From positions 1-40,573 of the forward strand of contig NKIB01014788.1 in assembly GCA_002256025.1 (NCBI GenBank): a DNA stretch of 40,573 bases, given 5' to 3'. The notes beneath the pieces are model-generated. The model worked only from the letters and a program-made list of their open reading frames with translations. It did not search any database and was not told the origin of the DNA. Source of the stretch: Asterionella formosa. Its lineage: Eukaryota. This document shows positions 1-11,386 of the stretch, piece after piece; within the stretch, counting starts at the first letter, position 1; each line of letters starts with the position of its first letter. Both the position numbers and the translations under genes were made by a program.

Positions 1-1004
1 TTTTTTTTCAGAACACACCATTTTGTCTGAAGAAGACCAAATGCCATTTCTATTCTTATCCTTAGCTGTGAAAGGAAAAAGTTAAATGTATCCTGTGTTG
101 GATCATCACGTTGTGAGCCAACAAAGGGAACAAGCATTACATCAGACAATGTGTAAGCTGCATCGCCGACCAGATAAAAACCTGTGTTGAATGCTGCAAC
201 TTGATCGAAAATGGAAGTTTTTTCAAAAGCTACTTGGTCACTGCATTTTCCCGGTGCAATTACACCAAAATAAATAAATCTTGAGTCAGCATCACAAACA
301 GCCTGGACATTGATTCCATAAGTCATGTAGTGACCGGAAAAAAATGAACCAGGGTTGTTGCCACTTTCAACTATAGTCGGGCGGTTGATGGTGGCAAGGA
401 AGCCGTCAATAGCACCAACACATCCTCTCATCACGCCCTCTGAGCTTTTGCATTCAAAGCTGGAAGCCAATTTGATAAATTCTTCTTTTTCTTTTGGAAA
501 AATAATTTCGAGTTCTTCACAGTTTAGTACAGCATCAATGAACAAATCACGACATCGATAAAGTGAAGCAATGCTCCACCCGTAGGCATGACGAATGTCG
601 ATGTAACTGCCACCAGCCAGCCATCGCAAACCAATGGCTACCACAATTTCGGGAATTATGGGCTCAGAAGTGCCACATTTGGAATAATTCCCTGCAATCT
701 GAATTTCCAGCATGGAGGTGAGTTTTTTGAATGCTCTGTGTGACATTCTGTATGTCTTCTCGAAAGCAATCTCGTGATTGAGTTTCTCGACATGTGATTG
801 CCAGGAGATTCTTTCGTGGTGCCACTTGTGCCTTCGTTGTCGTCGTCGTTCAGATGACTGAAGCTGCCGTTTACAGCGTCGCCTTTGTCGTTTGGATGAG
901 TGTTCTTTTTCCTCTGCTTCCTTAGTTAAATGACAGAGGAAGAAGAAATCAAGATCACTACTGTCATCGTCATTATCATCAAGTAAATCAAATGGCGACG
1001 ACAT
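1..1004 (-). CDS. PIF/Harbinger DDE transposase (DDE_Tnp_4/HARBI1-like), runs off the window at its 3' end
   Basis: Manual translation from ATG 1004 is open to the window edge, so the ORF track missed it. It contains YRMSQRAFKKL, LRWLAGGSY, CVGAIDG (D), GINVQAVCD, YLVGDAAY (D) and RIRIEMAFGLLQTKW (E). Confidence 0.92.
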   Translation of the reverse strand, partial: MSSPFDLLDDNDDDSSDLDFFFLCHLTKEAEEKEHSSKRQRRRCKRQLQSSERRRQRRHKWHHERISWQSHVEKLNHEIAFEKTYRMSHRAFKKLTSMLEIQIAGNYSKCGTSEPIIPEIVVAIGLRWLAGGSYIDIRHAYGWSIASLYRCRDLFIDAVLNCEELEIIFPKEKEEFIKLASSFECKSSEGVMRGCVGAIDGFLATINRPTIVESGNNPGSFFSGHYMTYGINVQAVCDADSRFIYFGVIAPGKCSDQVAFEKTSIFDQVAAFNTGFYLVGDAAYTLSDVMLVPFVGSQRDDPTQDTFNFFLSQLRIRIEMAFGLLQTKWCVLKK

Positions 1005-1301
1005 GATTCATGCAAATGTGTGTTTTTAATATTATATTTAGTTTCCCGGTAATTATATTTTGTTGTTGCTTGATATCAAGACCATCATTATATTCTGGAG
1101 GGATATACACATGATCTTCGCCAGCCTGTTGCCGTTGAAGATTCATTTTACTCCATGATACAATGTGATCACAAATTAGTGATACAGTGACACTTTTGGA
1201 ATGAATGAAATTCAGTTCAAATCGAGTTACCGTTGCTGATACATTTTCAAAAAAATTCAAATTCCGTGATACACGAAAAAAAATGATAAGAACGACCCTA
1301 A
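1..1301 (-). mobile_element. PIF/Harbinger DNA transposon, one end with candidate TIR and TAA/TTA target site
   Basis: About 300 bp upstream of the transposase the minus strand reads TTA|GGGTCGTTCTTATC (TAA at 1299-1301). This fits PIF-type GGG..GTT termini and TWA target duplications. The partner end is outside the window. Confidence 0.6.
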
Positions 1302-1903
1302 GTTTCATGTTGTACCTATCCCTTTCCCACCATGACATTTGTTCTTCCATCCAATGGCAGTAATGTTAGTAGCATATCGTCATCTGCAGTGAATGAATCT
1401 TCCCCGCTGCTGAACGATGGTTCTTGGGAATGTCGTATTTCTGAACGCCATCAACAGCATCCTGATGACCATCATCATCGACGCTCCTCCTATCTTTCAG
1501 AACGTATCTGAACATTGGGCTCCAGTAGCCAGACATGATGGCGAGACAAGTACTGACTGAACCATGCACATCCATATTGCTGGCCATCTTCTTTGGAGTA
1601 TCGATTGTCACCATTGCCGTATCCAATATCATTATGATCCCTCAAACAATGGAACAATGGCAGTTTATACCGAATGATTGTATATCTTGTGGAGGGTAAG
1701 TTAAAACATAATGATGGGTAGGTATTTGTATTTACATATAAACGACCAACCATTCATACGTATTGGTGAAGCATACACACGTTTGCAGTCGTTTACCAAT
1801 GTCCATGTCCAAAAGTATGGTGTTTCTGAAATTACTAACTCATGGTTGTTATCTTTGGTGGCCACATTTTTTTTTGGGGGGGGGGGGATTAATTATTTGC
1901 TTA

Positions 1904-3680
1904 TCATTGCAAGTCAAACAAAAGTGAAGGATCGTTTCGTAACAAAAAATACGTCGTACTGAGATCACAATCAAACGTAGTGGCCATCCAAAGAGGCGCC
2001 TTGTCAACGTATCGAGCATCACGAGTTTGACATGGTTCCACTTTGGATATTGGGTACACCTCCAAAAGTGCATGAGTTAACCGAAAGTTTGCTTGAGATT
2101 CCAGCGCCACATGCAGGGGCAATCGACCCTTGTTGTCGCGAACAGTCGCAGCCTCTGGATATGATCCAAGAATATCCTTAAGAACAACATCGATAGCTTC
2201 ATCCGTAGTCGTGTTGGACATGGCAACATGAAGAGGAAGCTGGCCTTGGCAATTGATCTGTCGGATCTCGTTATCGCCGAAACGCTCCAAAACAACCTTG
2301 AGAACAGATGCACTAGATCCACAACTCAAAGCAGCATGGAGATGGTAAAATTTGCAATTCCTACTTTTGTACGGACAACAAGGGCAATTCGAAGTTTCCG
2401 ACAACGAGTCTGACCTCGTCCGTTTCTTCGTCAAACCAACCGGAATGGGCGATCGCTTTTTTGATACTCGCTCCTCAATCACAGGAGACTTGGGTCGTAC
2501 GGAGCTATCGTAAGCTTGTCTTGTATCGTCGACTTCTGAGTCTTGTATGGTTTTGGATAGGATGGCAAGGCCTGGCCTTACTGGTTGTCCGAGTGTCGGG
2601 CGAAAATCATTGCGCTCGTTGCACAGTGTCGGACATTGCAACGCATCACCATCCATGTTCACGATGACTTTGTCAGTCCTTGCCAATAACGTGCAATTGT
2701 TAAAATTTTCAACACCTCCTCTTAAACATAGCTCCAGTATATTATTATCCCATTCGTTGACATTGTCGTCTGCGGTAACATGTTGCAATATGTGTTTTCC
2801 GCCCTTTGGCCACGCTTGCAGCAAGCAAATGACAAGGGCGACATTCCCAGATCGAACTGCCGGAAAGAGAGGAATTTCCCCTCGCATGTTGGCAGTTGAA
2901 AGGCCAAGAGGATATAGTTTCATCAGGAATTGGGTCATGTCTATTTGCCCTTCCCTCGCAGAGTCATGTAGAGGCAATGAGCCTTCCCAATCGAACGCAG
3001 CCACACCGGTCGGATGGTAGTACACCAAGTCTTGGGCAACCAGCATGTGGCCCCAGCGAGCTGCAAAGTGAAGAGGAAGCTTTCCTTTCAAAGAAGGAAT
3101 GACTGCACCTTCTGGATTGACTCGTAGCAAGGCCCTTACGACGTTGGTATGGCCTTCACCAGCGGCGAAATGCAACGCGAGCTTCTTTTTCTTCGTTGGG
3201 ATACGAGCAGTCAAAGGATCCACTTGAAGCAAAAATTGGACCATTTCAGTCCGACCTTCTCGAGCAGCATAATGCAGAGGAATCTTGCCTTTCTTGTTGG
3301 CTGCTGAAGCAGCTTGTGGGTACTGAGCGACGACACAGATAGTGAGAAAACACAGAGGACCGCATTTACAAGCCACGGCCTCGTCACCCAAAGGCGCTCC
3401 TTACCATTGCAATCAATGCTCTCGCCACTCCAATGTCCCCTATAGAAGCTGCAAAGTGTAGAGGGAGAGATCTATCTTCTACTGAGGCCGTAGACGCAAG
3501 GTTCGGGTCTCTCCGGAGCAGCAAGCGCACGATACTCTCCAAGTCGGCAGTTGATTTTTCACTGGCGTTGACAAACGAAGGAAGCATTTCTCTTACTAAT
3601 TCGAACGATGCTTGAATCTGATCTCTGTCGTTGCTCATGACAGAATCCAAAAGCCGGAGAAGTGGAGTTGTCGACGGCAT
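1904..3680 (-). CDS. Ankyrin-repeat protein, 2 exons (3680-3405, 3322-1904), ~564 aa
   Basis: Repeated (G)xLPLHxAA ankyrin motifs occur in both ORFs. An 82-bp GTAAGG...CTCAG intron (3404-3323) joins them in frame (ALIAM|YPQAA). Confidence 0.9.
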
Positions 3681-5411
3681 GATCCTGAAGGGCGAATGTG
3701 ATGTAGCAAAGTTTGGATTGACGGAAACTATTTTGCGAAGTTATGTACTGTGTGATGTAAAGTGCACGGGACAGGGTATTGCTGTGGCGGAAACTCAGAA
3801 CAACTTCACCATAGAGTGCATTACTGCCGGTACCTGATACCTGGTACCCACTCTGGTAGAGTCGACATGTGGCCTTCCTTGTCATGTGCCCATGATACAT
3901 CATATCGAAATAATCAAGCTAAATTAATACGCCGGTAAAGGCGTGCCTATAAGTAAATGTGAACATGCGCCTACGAGAAGTTATGTAAACGAATAAAGAA
4001 CGCTTCAGTTATCATATATATATTAAAATTTCGACTCGGAGTCTAGGACTCCTTCATTTATTTCTAGATTACCGGTAGTTACTGGTGCACTATTGATATT
4101 TCGGATATTAGTACCGGGTACGACTCTTTTGGTTGACGTGCTGAGCGACCGGGACTGTGCCCTGGTACCAGGAACCAGGTATGCATTCACAAGATTGAGA
4201 GCACAAATCCTATGGCCACGCGATCACCGCTACCCCACATGTCACAGGAGGTTTGTGTCGTCAATTTGATTGGTCGATCTCAAATGCCACGGTGTCAATT
4301 ATGTTCGCAGGACAGAGTATGGGACAATATCATGAATAATTTCAGTTTGCTTGATATACCTACCGGCATATGGAATGTTTTTGACATGGGCATAAGTAGC
4401 GATTTACTTATCTTACCCGGTTAATAAATAATATGTGAACACACGCTATAGTTGGTGGAAGGTACCCGATACATGTACCAACCTATTCCAACACATACAT
4501 GTCCCAAATCATTTTCAAATATTTATAAACAATAACGGTATGTCGATGGTACCAGTGCACCAGGTCCCTCTGTCCAATGTTACCGGTAGTGCATCGATTT
4601 TTCAAATTTATCTGTGGCCATTTTGACTCCTACGATTTTCTCCGGCTCAATTGCCCTTTTGTGCGACTAGCTCGAAGCTACGGATACATGTAAATTTAAT
4701 GTATATATATATTTTTATAGAAAGACAAAAATTGGCAACTACATTGAAAAAAAGCTTTTCGAATTTTTCGATTTTCACACATGGCTATCTCAATCGAAAT
4801 GCAGATGCATGAGGACCCATTTTTCTTCGAACCATCCATTCTCACCATACATACAAAGGGCGAAATAAAAGTAGAACAACGGCAACTTGCATTCAATTAT
4901 TGAATGCGCAACCCCAAATGTGGCAATGATGGGAAGGAAGAAATCAATGGTATGCTTCTTTTGAGGATTGTAACCATTATATATCCAGCAGTATGGTCCA
5001 TGTAGGTGCAACAACAATAGAAAGTATACCAGACGACAATTATTCTATTCATGTCATAATTATGTTAGTGGCTTGTTGTATTTCTTGGTTTCCCGCAAAT
5101 ATTTGAGTGGCCAGCCAACAATTTAAAACATCATTGGGCAATATGTACATGTATGGAGCTCAATGTACTTATTGTAAACTGGTTTTGATTAATTTAATTA
5201 GATTTCAATAATTTAATTACAAAAAGAGTGGGTATGTTCATGTCTATGTAACTCATTAAAAAACGCATTTTTTCGAGTACGCCAATCCGCTCATAGACAG
5301 ATGGTATATTTGCCACGTGATCCTTCATATACAAACAGTTAAGACACTAGTGGTGCCGACAAATCGATGCAACTTATATTGGACAGACGGAGTTCATAAC
5401 ATGTGATGATA

Positions 5412-5773
5412 AAGGGAATGGCTTACCGGTAGTGGTTTAGCACCACGTTGCCTTTGATCAGAGGTTGTGAGGTTCGATTTGCGCAATTTTTTGAGAAACA
5501 ATTGTTGGATTCGACTCCCACACTGCTTACCATCCTGCACGGTCTTGCCTGCTGGTGTGCAAGAAATAGTGGGTTGCCCCCTACAAGCAGCTTGTTCCGC
5601 CTTCCTAGGCGCTCGGAGTTTCTCCTAACGCTGCAGCTATGACAATCGCCTTTCGCGAAAGGTGGTTGGGGACTCACCAATGCTAACAAAACTAGGGAAG
5701 CACAGGTCTTGTTGGTAGGTAGCACAAAGAAAGACTTGCCTAGAAATAGGGGAGTACGAATTGGCTATAAAAC
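5412..5773 (+). mobile_element. tRNA-headed SINE-like repeat, copy A
   Basis: Aligns end to end with the reverse complement of 9468-9833. It has an A-box-like TGGCTTA[CCGGTA]GTGGTTTAG, a B-box-like GGTTCGATTT and an internal hairpin at 5643-5668. Confidence 0.7.
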
Positions 5774-6793
5774 ATAGTAACTGTATATAACATGTGATGA
5801 CAATACGTATATTTCAAAAAAGTATTTGAATAAATATGAACACCCAAAATTTTTTAATATGCAGTGAACCCTCCCCATCCGCGACCCTTGACCACTTATG
5901 GACACTTCATGATCCACAAAGCAAGGGCAAAAAATATCCTCCTCCACAAATGGAACACCAGACTCATCTGAATGTGATACCAGCATGCAGTTCCATCAAC
6001 ACCACCAGCACCTTACCCCCTGCCTCCACCAGTCGCATTCCCCGCCTCCCCTAAACCCAGGCCATTCCAGAGGACTCTTCCTTCATGAAAAACAATGGAT
6101 TTTTTATTATTCCACCATTCTTTCAGTTATTGATTCATTTCACCTGTGGCAAATCATTCATCGGGCTGCATATATAGTAACTTCTTATTACCCGAATTCT
6201 TAGCATTCAAGATATTCTTCCATCTCAATCGCCTTATCAATCATTTCAGGACCCAATCTGCAGGTGCATTTGATGACAGGTTGACGCATTTCGGCCAATT
6301 GTCCTATTATCTCAACAACTTATCTATGGTTCAAGCTTAATCATTGGTGATGCTGTAATTCTTTTAATTTCTCCTCCTGTTATATCATGTTTCACTTTGA
6401 TCTGGTTTTGATTGTTTCTAGAATGTAGTTCATCTGAGAAAGAGATATAGTACCAAGCACCTCTTTTTGTCCCAAACTATTACTATGCAGGTGCCATTAG
6501 TTAGTCTTGCTTTATCTTCCTGTTAACTCTGTTTTCTCACTCTTGTGTAGTACCACTTTTTGACAGAATAATGGTACTCCTCGACGGAATAATGGTAACA
6601 ATGCTTGATGTTTGTGGCAAGCAAGATTGAAGCTAATTTGCTTTCTCCCTTTGGCCTTCCACCCCAACAACAAAACTAGTAGATTCAGTAGCTGGTTGCA
6701 ACTGCAATCTATACTATCATTAGCCATATTTTTATCTCCATTCAAAAAAAGACATCACAGTATCAGCAGCACACCTATCTTCCACATCGTCCA

Positions 6794-6856
6794 GGGGAAT
6801 GCCTTAGGTGGTTAACACATCTTCCGAGGTGGCAGGTTCGATTCCTGCATTCTCTA
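6794..6856 (+). pseudogene. tRNA-like sequence (tRNA pseudogene or SINE head) with defective anticodon arm
   Basis: Perfect T-arm GCAGG-TTCGATT-CCTGC, acceptor-like GGGGAAT/ATTCTCT, D-loop-like TTAGGTGGTTAA and a downstream T-run. It is too short for a full cloverleaf. Confidence 0.55.
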
Positions 6857-8484
6857 CCTGTTTTTTATGTAGTCCCCAGGGTTCTGTGGTGTGACTGACA
6901 GAAAGACAGGTCCTTTTGTATTAAAACCCATACAAATTGTCTTTATTTATTATGGCCCGAGTGTGGTTATTGGATTGCTTTAATGTACTATAAATTAAAT
7001 CGACATTTTTTGTCTTCCAAATCGTCCATCATATCTGTACTTGCTGGTGTCATAGTAGACAATGATGAAGTACGACAAGTTGAGTTATGATGGGGAGAAC
7101 TGCCCCCAAAGGAGCTTTTTTGAATGTGACTAGCTACAGCACTTTCGATGTTAAATTTGCGACGAATCATACAGCAACCTTTCTCGTTTGTCAACAAAGA
7201 GAGAATCACCTTTTTTCGACAATTTACTTAATCGCCCATAGGGAAAAATGCCTGTGTTATTTGCCCTCTGAACCTCTAATTTGGACACTATGTTTTTGAT
7301 TATGAGAATCATCACCTCCTATCATGGATGGAATATTTTGGTGTTTGCTTTTTTTTGTCGTTGGTATAGACAATTTGTTTGTGATGGAATGGAATGGAAT
7401 GGAATGGATTCTATGTTATTGGTCTCCTGTCTGGTGCAATTTTTTATTGAATGTTGTGATGTGCCTGCCATCAGAACAGCTACTTTTTTCCAAAAAAGGT
7501 CGATTGATACTTTCAGGAAAATATACATCGATCAAACAACAGAATATTCAGCGTAGCTCCTAAATACATGATAGAGAAGAGCTACATGCTCATCAACAGG
7601 TGGATCAATTGCTTCAGATTTGTAAACAATTAGAAATTTGTTGCAAAATGTGTTTTATTCTACGTACAGAGGTTCAAAGCAGTTTTGAACTGCAAGTTGC
7701 GGTCATTTTGCTTAAATCAGCAATTAAATCTGGGATAAAGATAAATAAATCTTTAGTTCAGCAAAATTACCACAACTTGCTGGTACCAGGGTACTAAAGG
7801 TAAACTATTTGCGGGGTCAGGCATAACATATTTTCAGAATCAAAGATACGTAAATCTATATACATTTCAGTACTAATCGACTACAAAATGAGAGATAAGA
7901 ATATAAACCTAAAAGTTGCACGTATTGTGGACCGGCATCTGCTATAAGCTAATAAGTTGCGTGACTGCAAGGTGAAAGCTTGACAAAAGAAGCAAGAGCA
8001 TGGTTAAGAAATAGAATACATTCACAATACAACAAGAATATACCTCCACGAATTCGGATTACTTAAATCATTTTGCATGAAACAACTGGAGCTGACTGTT
8101 TCCTTTCCAATCACTATACCATTCAATTAATTTTCAATTACATCGAAAGGAGCACTTAGACGGAGATGATGTTTCTGAAGCACTCGTCCTGAAATGAACA
8201 GAATCATAACGACCGGTGAAAAATGCATAATGTACAGACAAATTTTCATAAAGAACAAGAAAGTGGTAAGACCCACATGCTATTGGGTTATGAGACAATT
8301 TCAATTCATCGAACATGGCACCTTATCAATGATAGTGCGCATTTCCGCCCTGTTCACCCGGAGATGAGTAGAATAATGAGAAATGGTTGACGCACAAAAT
8401 TGTAAAGGATTTGAAAAAATTTTGATGCATTATTTTTGAATTGTCAATAAATGGTTTTGGCTCAGTGATGTCCCGCCAGTTTGT

Positions 8485-9340
8485 ATGTTATACACTCAAT
8501 ACAGAATAGTTCAGGTGGCACAATATGCCACCAGAAAGACAGAAAGCAAATTTTTTGGAATTTTGAAAGTATATTTTTTCTGGATCATCATATACAACAA
8601 AAAGCGACAGTCAAATATAATCATCATCATGCTTTACTATGATCTTGTATGTACTCTTTACCAGCACTATAGACAAGTAAAGGGTTGACCTGCCTTGAAT
8701 GGCAAAATATCATCGCCTTGAATTGGAATTTTTGACCATGCATTGAGATGTGATGTAGCCAAATCCATACAGTGAGAACCTTGAATTGCCAAATATCGTC
8801 ACCTTTCTTAGGAATTTATTACCTTCTTGCTTGTATTGTTGGGACATGATGTAATCCATTCAAAGCCCAATACAGTGGCAAACTTGAATTGCAAAATATC
8901 ATCACCTTGTATTAGAATTTATTACATTGTAGCCAAAAACCAATACAGGGGTAACCCTGAATTGCAAAACGTCGTCACCTTGTATTTGAACAAATGACCT
9001 TGTATGAGGATGTGACATAGTCCCGCCAATACCCAATACATGGACAACCTTGAATTGCAAAATATCGGCGCGGCCTTGTATTGCAACTTTTGAACTTGTG
9101 TTTGGAAATAAACAAAGCCCAACAAATGGAATCCGATGTATTGGATGATATTATCTTTGACTTGCTTATTTTTACCTTGGATTAGACTTGCTTGACATAC
9201 CAACCTTGGCCTATACAAGTTTAACCTTTTATTGGAATGTTATATTTCCCTGTATTGAAGAATTTCCCCTTGTAATGGAAAATAAAATTTCATATGTCTG
9301 ACACCTTGAATTGAAAAAAACCGTTGTGACTCCCAGTACA
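8485..9340. repeat. Dispersed repeat with an internal degenerate tandem array (~75-105 bp period)
   Basis: Core CCTTGAATTGCAAAATATCRTCACCTTG recurs near 8693, 8779, 8883, 8957 and 9048. The 5' part matches 20790-21165 (ACTATGAT..TGTATGTAC..TTTACCAGCACTATAGAC). Confidence 0.75.
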
Positions 9341-9467
9341 ATGTATGCCTGGATTTGAAGGACGAAAACATGGTGAAAGGTAGTACTTAAACTTGCCAAA
9401 ATAAGTGTAGCATGAAACCACCACCCGGAAACATTGCTGACAGTAGCTACCAGATAAAATGATAATC

Positions 9468-9833
9468 TGCTTTATAGCCCATTATTACTCCCCTTTTTCA
9501 AGGCAAGTATTCATTGTGCTACCAGCCGATAAGAGCGACCTCCTGTGCTTCCCTGGTTTTGGTAGCATATGTGATTCTCCAATCACCTTTTGCGAAAGGT
9601 GATTGTCTTCGCCGCAGTTTTAGGGGAAACTCCGATCGCCTAGGAAGGCGGCACAGCAAGCTACTTGTATGGGGGCAACCTACTATTTCTTGCACACCAG
9701 GCAAGACCGTGCGGGACGCACGGTAATGAGTGTGGTAGTCGAACCCCAGAAATGCTTCTCAAAAAATTGCGGGAATCGAACCACACAACCTCAGATCAAA
9801 AGCAACATGCTCAACTGACTAAGCCATTCCCTT
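9468..9833 (-). mobile_element. tRNA-headed SINE-like repeat, copy B
   Basis: Minus strand starts AAGGGAATGGCTTAGTCAGTTGAG...GGTTCGATTCCC. Hairpin at 9580-9605. Shares the GGGGAGTA..GGCTATAAA tail with copy A. Confidence 0.7.
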
Positions 9834-10594
9834 AGTTACTACCGGGTAGTACTATAAATATGGTGATTATTCTTATTCTATTCTGATGAGCTGCTGTTGT
9901 TGATTGTTGATCCTTTGCTGTGATGTTTGTCTGATAGATTACTTGATCATGCTCAGTCCCCATGATCTATATTGAATCAGCAAAGATAGTCTTTTCCAGT
10001 CCAACCCTTAAGCATTTGAAACTGGATACTTCCTGGTCCAAGGTAACCAGTGATGACTTACAGTTGCTGGACATTTATTTTTATGAAGAATGTAGGCACT
10101 AGCTAGAAACACCCACTGTTGCCCTATTTCATAATGTTTCCAAATACATTGAATGAGAAAAATGATTCAAGGAACATGTGATGTGAGTTCTTCAGCCAAA
10201 TTTTTGATTTTGAGGACAAGGAGAATGAAGATAGTGACCCTAGTAGCATGATGGAATGGATTGATTTGTTCATTAAATTAATCGTTAAAAGAAGTGAATC
10301 CGCCCATTTAGTAGAAGCAAGATTGATATCATTTTGTGCTTTCCATTACAAAGCTTCTAAAGAAATTAATGAATGGGTACGTAATATTGTCTTGAGCGAT
10401 TTGTGATATTGATTCCTGCAATTTCTCAAGAATAAATTGTTGAGTTAAAGTCCCATATGCATAGTCTATGCATCCCTCCTGCATAGTCTGGCCTCATGAG
10501 AGAAAGAAGTGGGGTTTCAGCCACCTTATGAGCTGTTTTTGTCTTCTTCTGAGGTGATTCGATTCTCCTTAGTGATGCAACCTAGACATCCACC

Positions 10595-10918
10595 TTTGAA
10601 AATGGTGTTTGAGGATTCACATATTCTGAAGAAACCAGACAGGAAAGTTCTCGGCAACAGGGAATGCAGCAATGAATACAAACATAGAAAATGCTTGAAA
10701 GTAAGCTTTATAGGTGACTTCCATTAAATGTCTAACAATTTTCTTCTTTCTAGTACATTTGAAAATGGTGTTTGAGGATTCACATATTCTGAAGAAACCA
10801 GGCAAGGAAAGTTCTCGGCAACAGGGAATGCAGCAATGAATACAAACATAGAAAATGCTTGAAAGTAGGCTTTATAGGTGACTTCCATTAAATGTCTAAC
10901 AATTTTCTTCTTTCTAGT
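10595..10918. repeat. Near-identical ~160-bp tandem duplication (10595-10754, 10758-10918)
   Basis: Both copies run from TTTGAAAATGGTG to TTCTTTCTAGT and differ at about 3 positions. Confidence 0.95.
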
Positions 10919-11386
10919 CAGGTTACACCGCCCTATTTGTTTTTTCAATTTTATTTCACCACTGTTGAATACCTACCTGCTGCGACATACAATATTTACT
11001 TCATTGGAGGAAGTAGCAGAAATGGAAGCGAATGCTTCAACGAGATTAAAAAAGTTCTCTAAAGTCTATTACATGTTATGGTCGTGGCCTTCCCCGCTCC
11101 TAGCATGATCTTGGTTTCATCATTTACTGGTAGACTTGTCGATCCTGGCTAATTATTTAGTACTTATATTAGCAGTCCACCTACTACCGGTAGCAAGACA
11201 TAGTATTAACGAAGGGAAATACTTTCTTCGCCATTTGTCATTAGGTTCTCATTGTTACAATCAACATCTTGAACAAAACTTCGAAATTAGTTCATCATCT
11301 TTGCAATGTAAGCCTTGTGTAAAGTTAGTCCATTGAACCATATCAACATCTCCACAACTACTTCGAATCCTTTACCTCACCTCTTA

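Noticed and set aside
1366..1753. Two short overlapping minus-strand ORFs next to the Harbinger end
   Set aside because: No recognisable domain or splice support.
6400..6790. Possible copia RT remnant on the minus strand (RCAAD..FFEW)
   Set aside because: Only one weak motif with many stops.
7385..7408. (TGGAA)n tract
   Set aside because: About four units; an ordinary microsatellite.
8690..9090. CRISPR-like repeat/spacer pattern
   Set aside because: Cores are degenerate, spacers resemble one another and vary in length, there are no cas genes, and the context is eukaryotic.
5412..9833. One 4.4-kb element with long TIRs
   Set aside because: The arms are considerably diverged, no TSD or internal transposase is visible, and the tRNA-like heads favour independent insertions. 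Not fully excluded.
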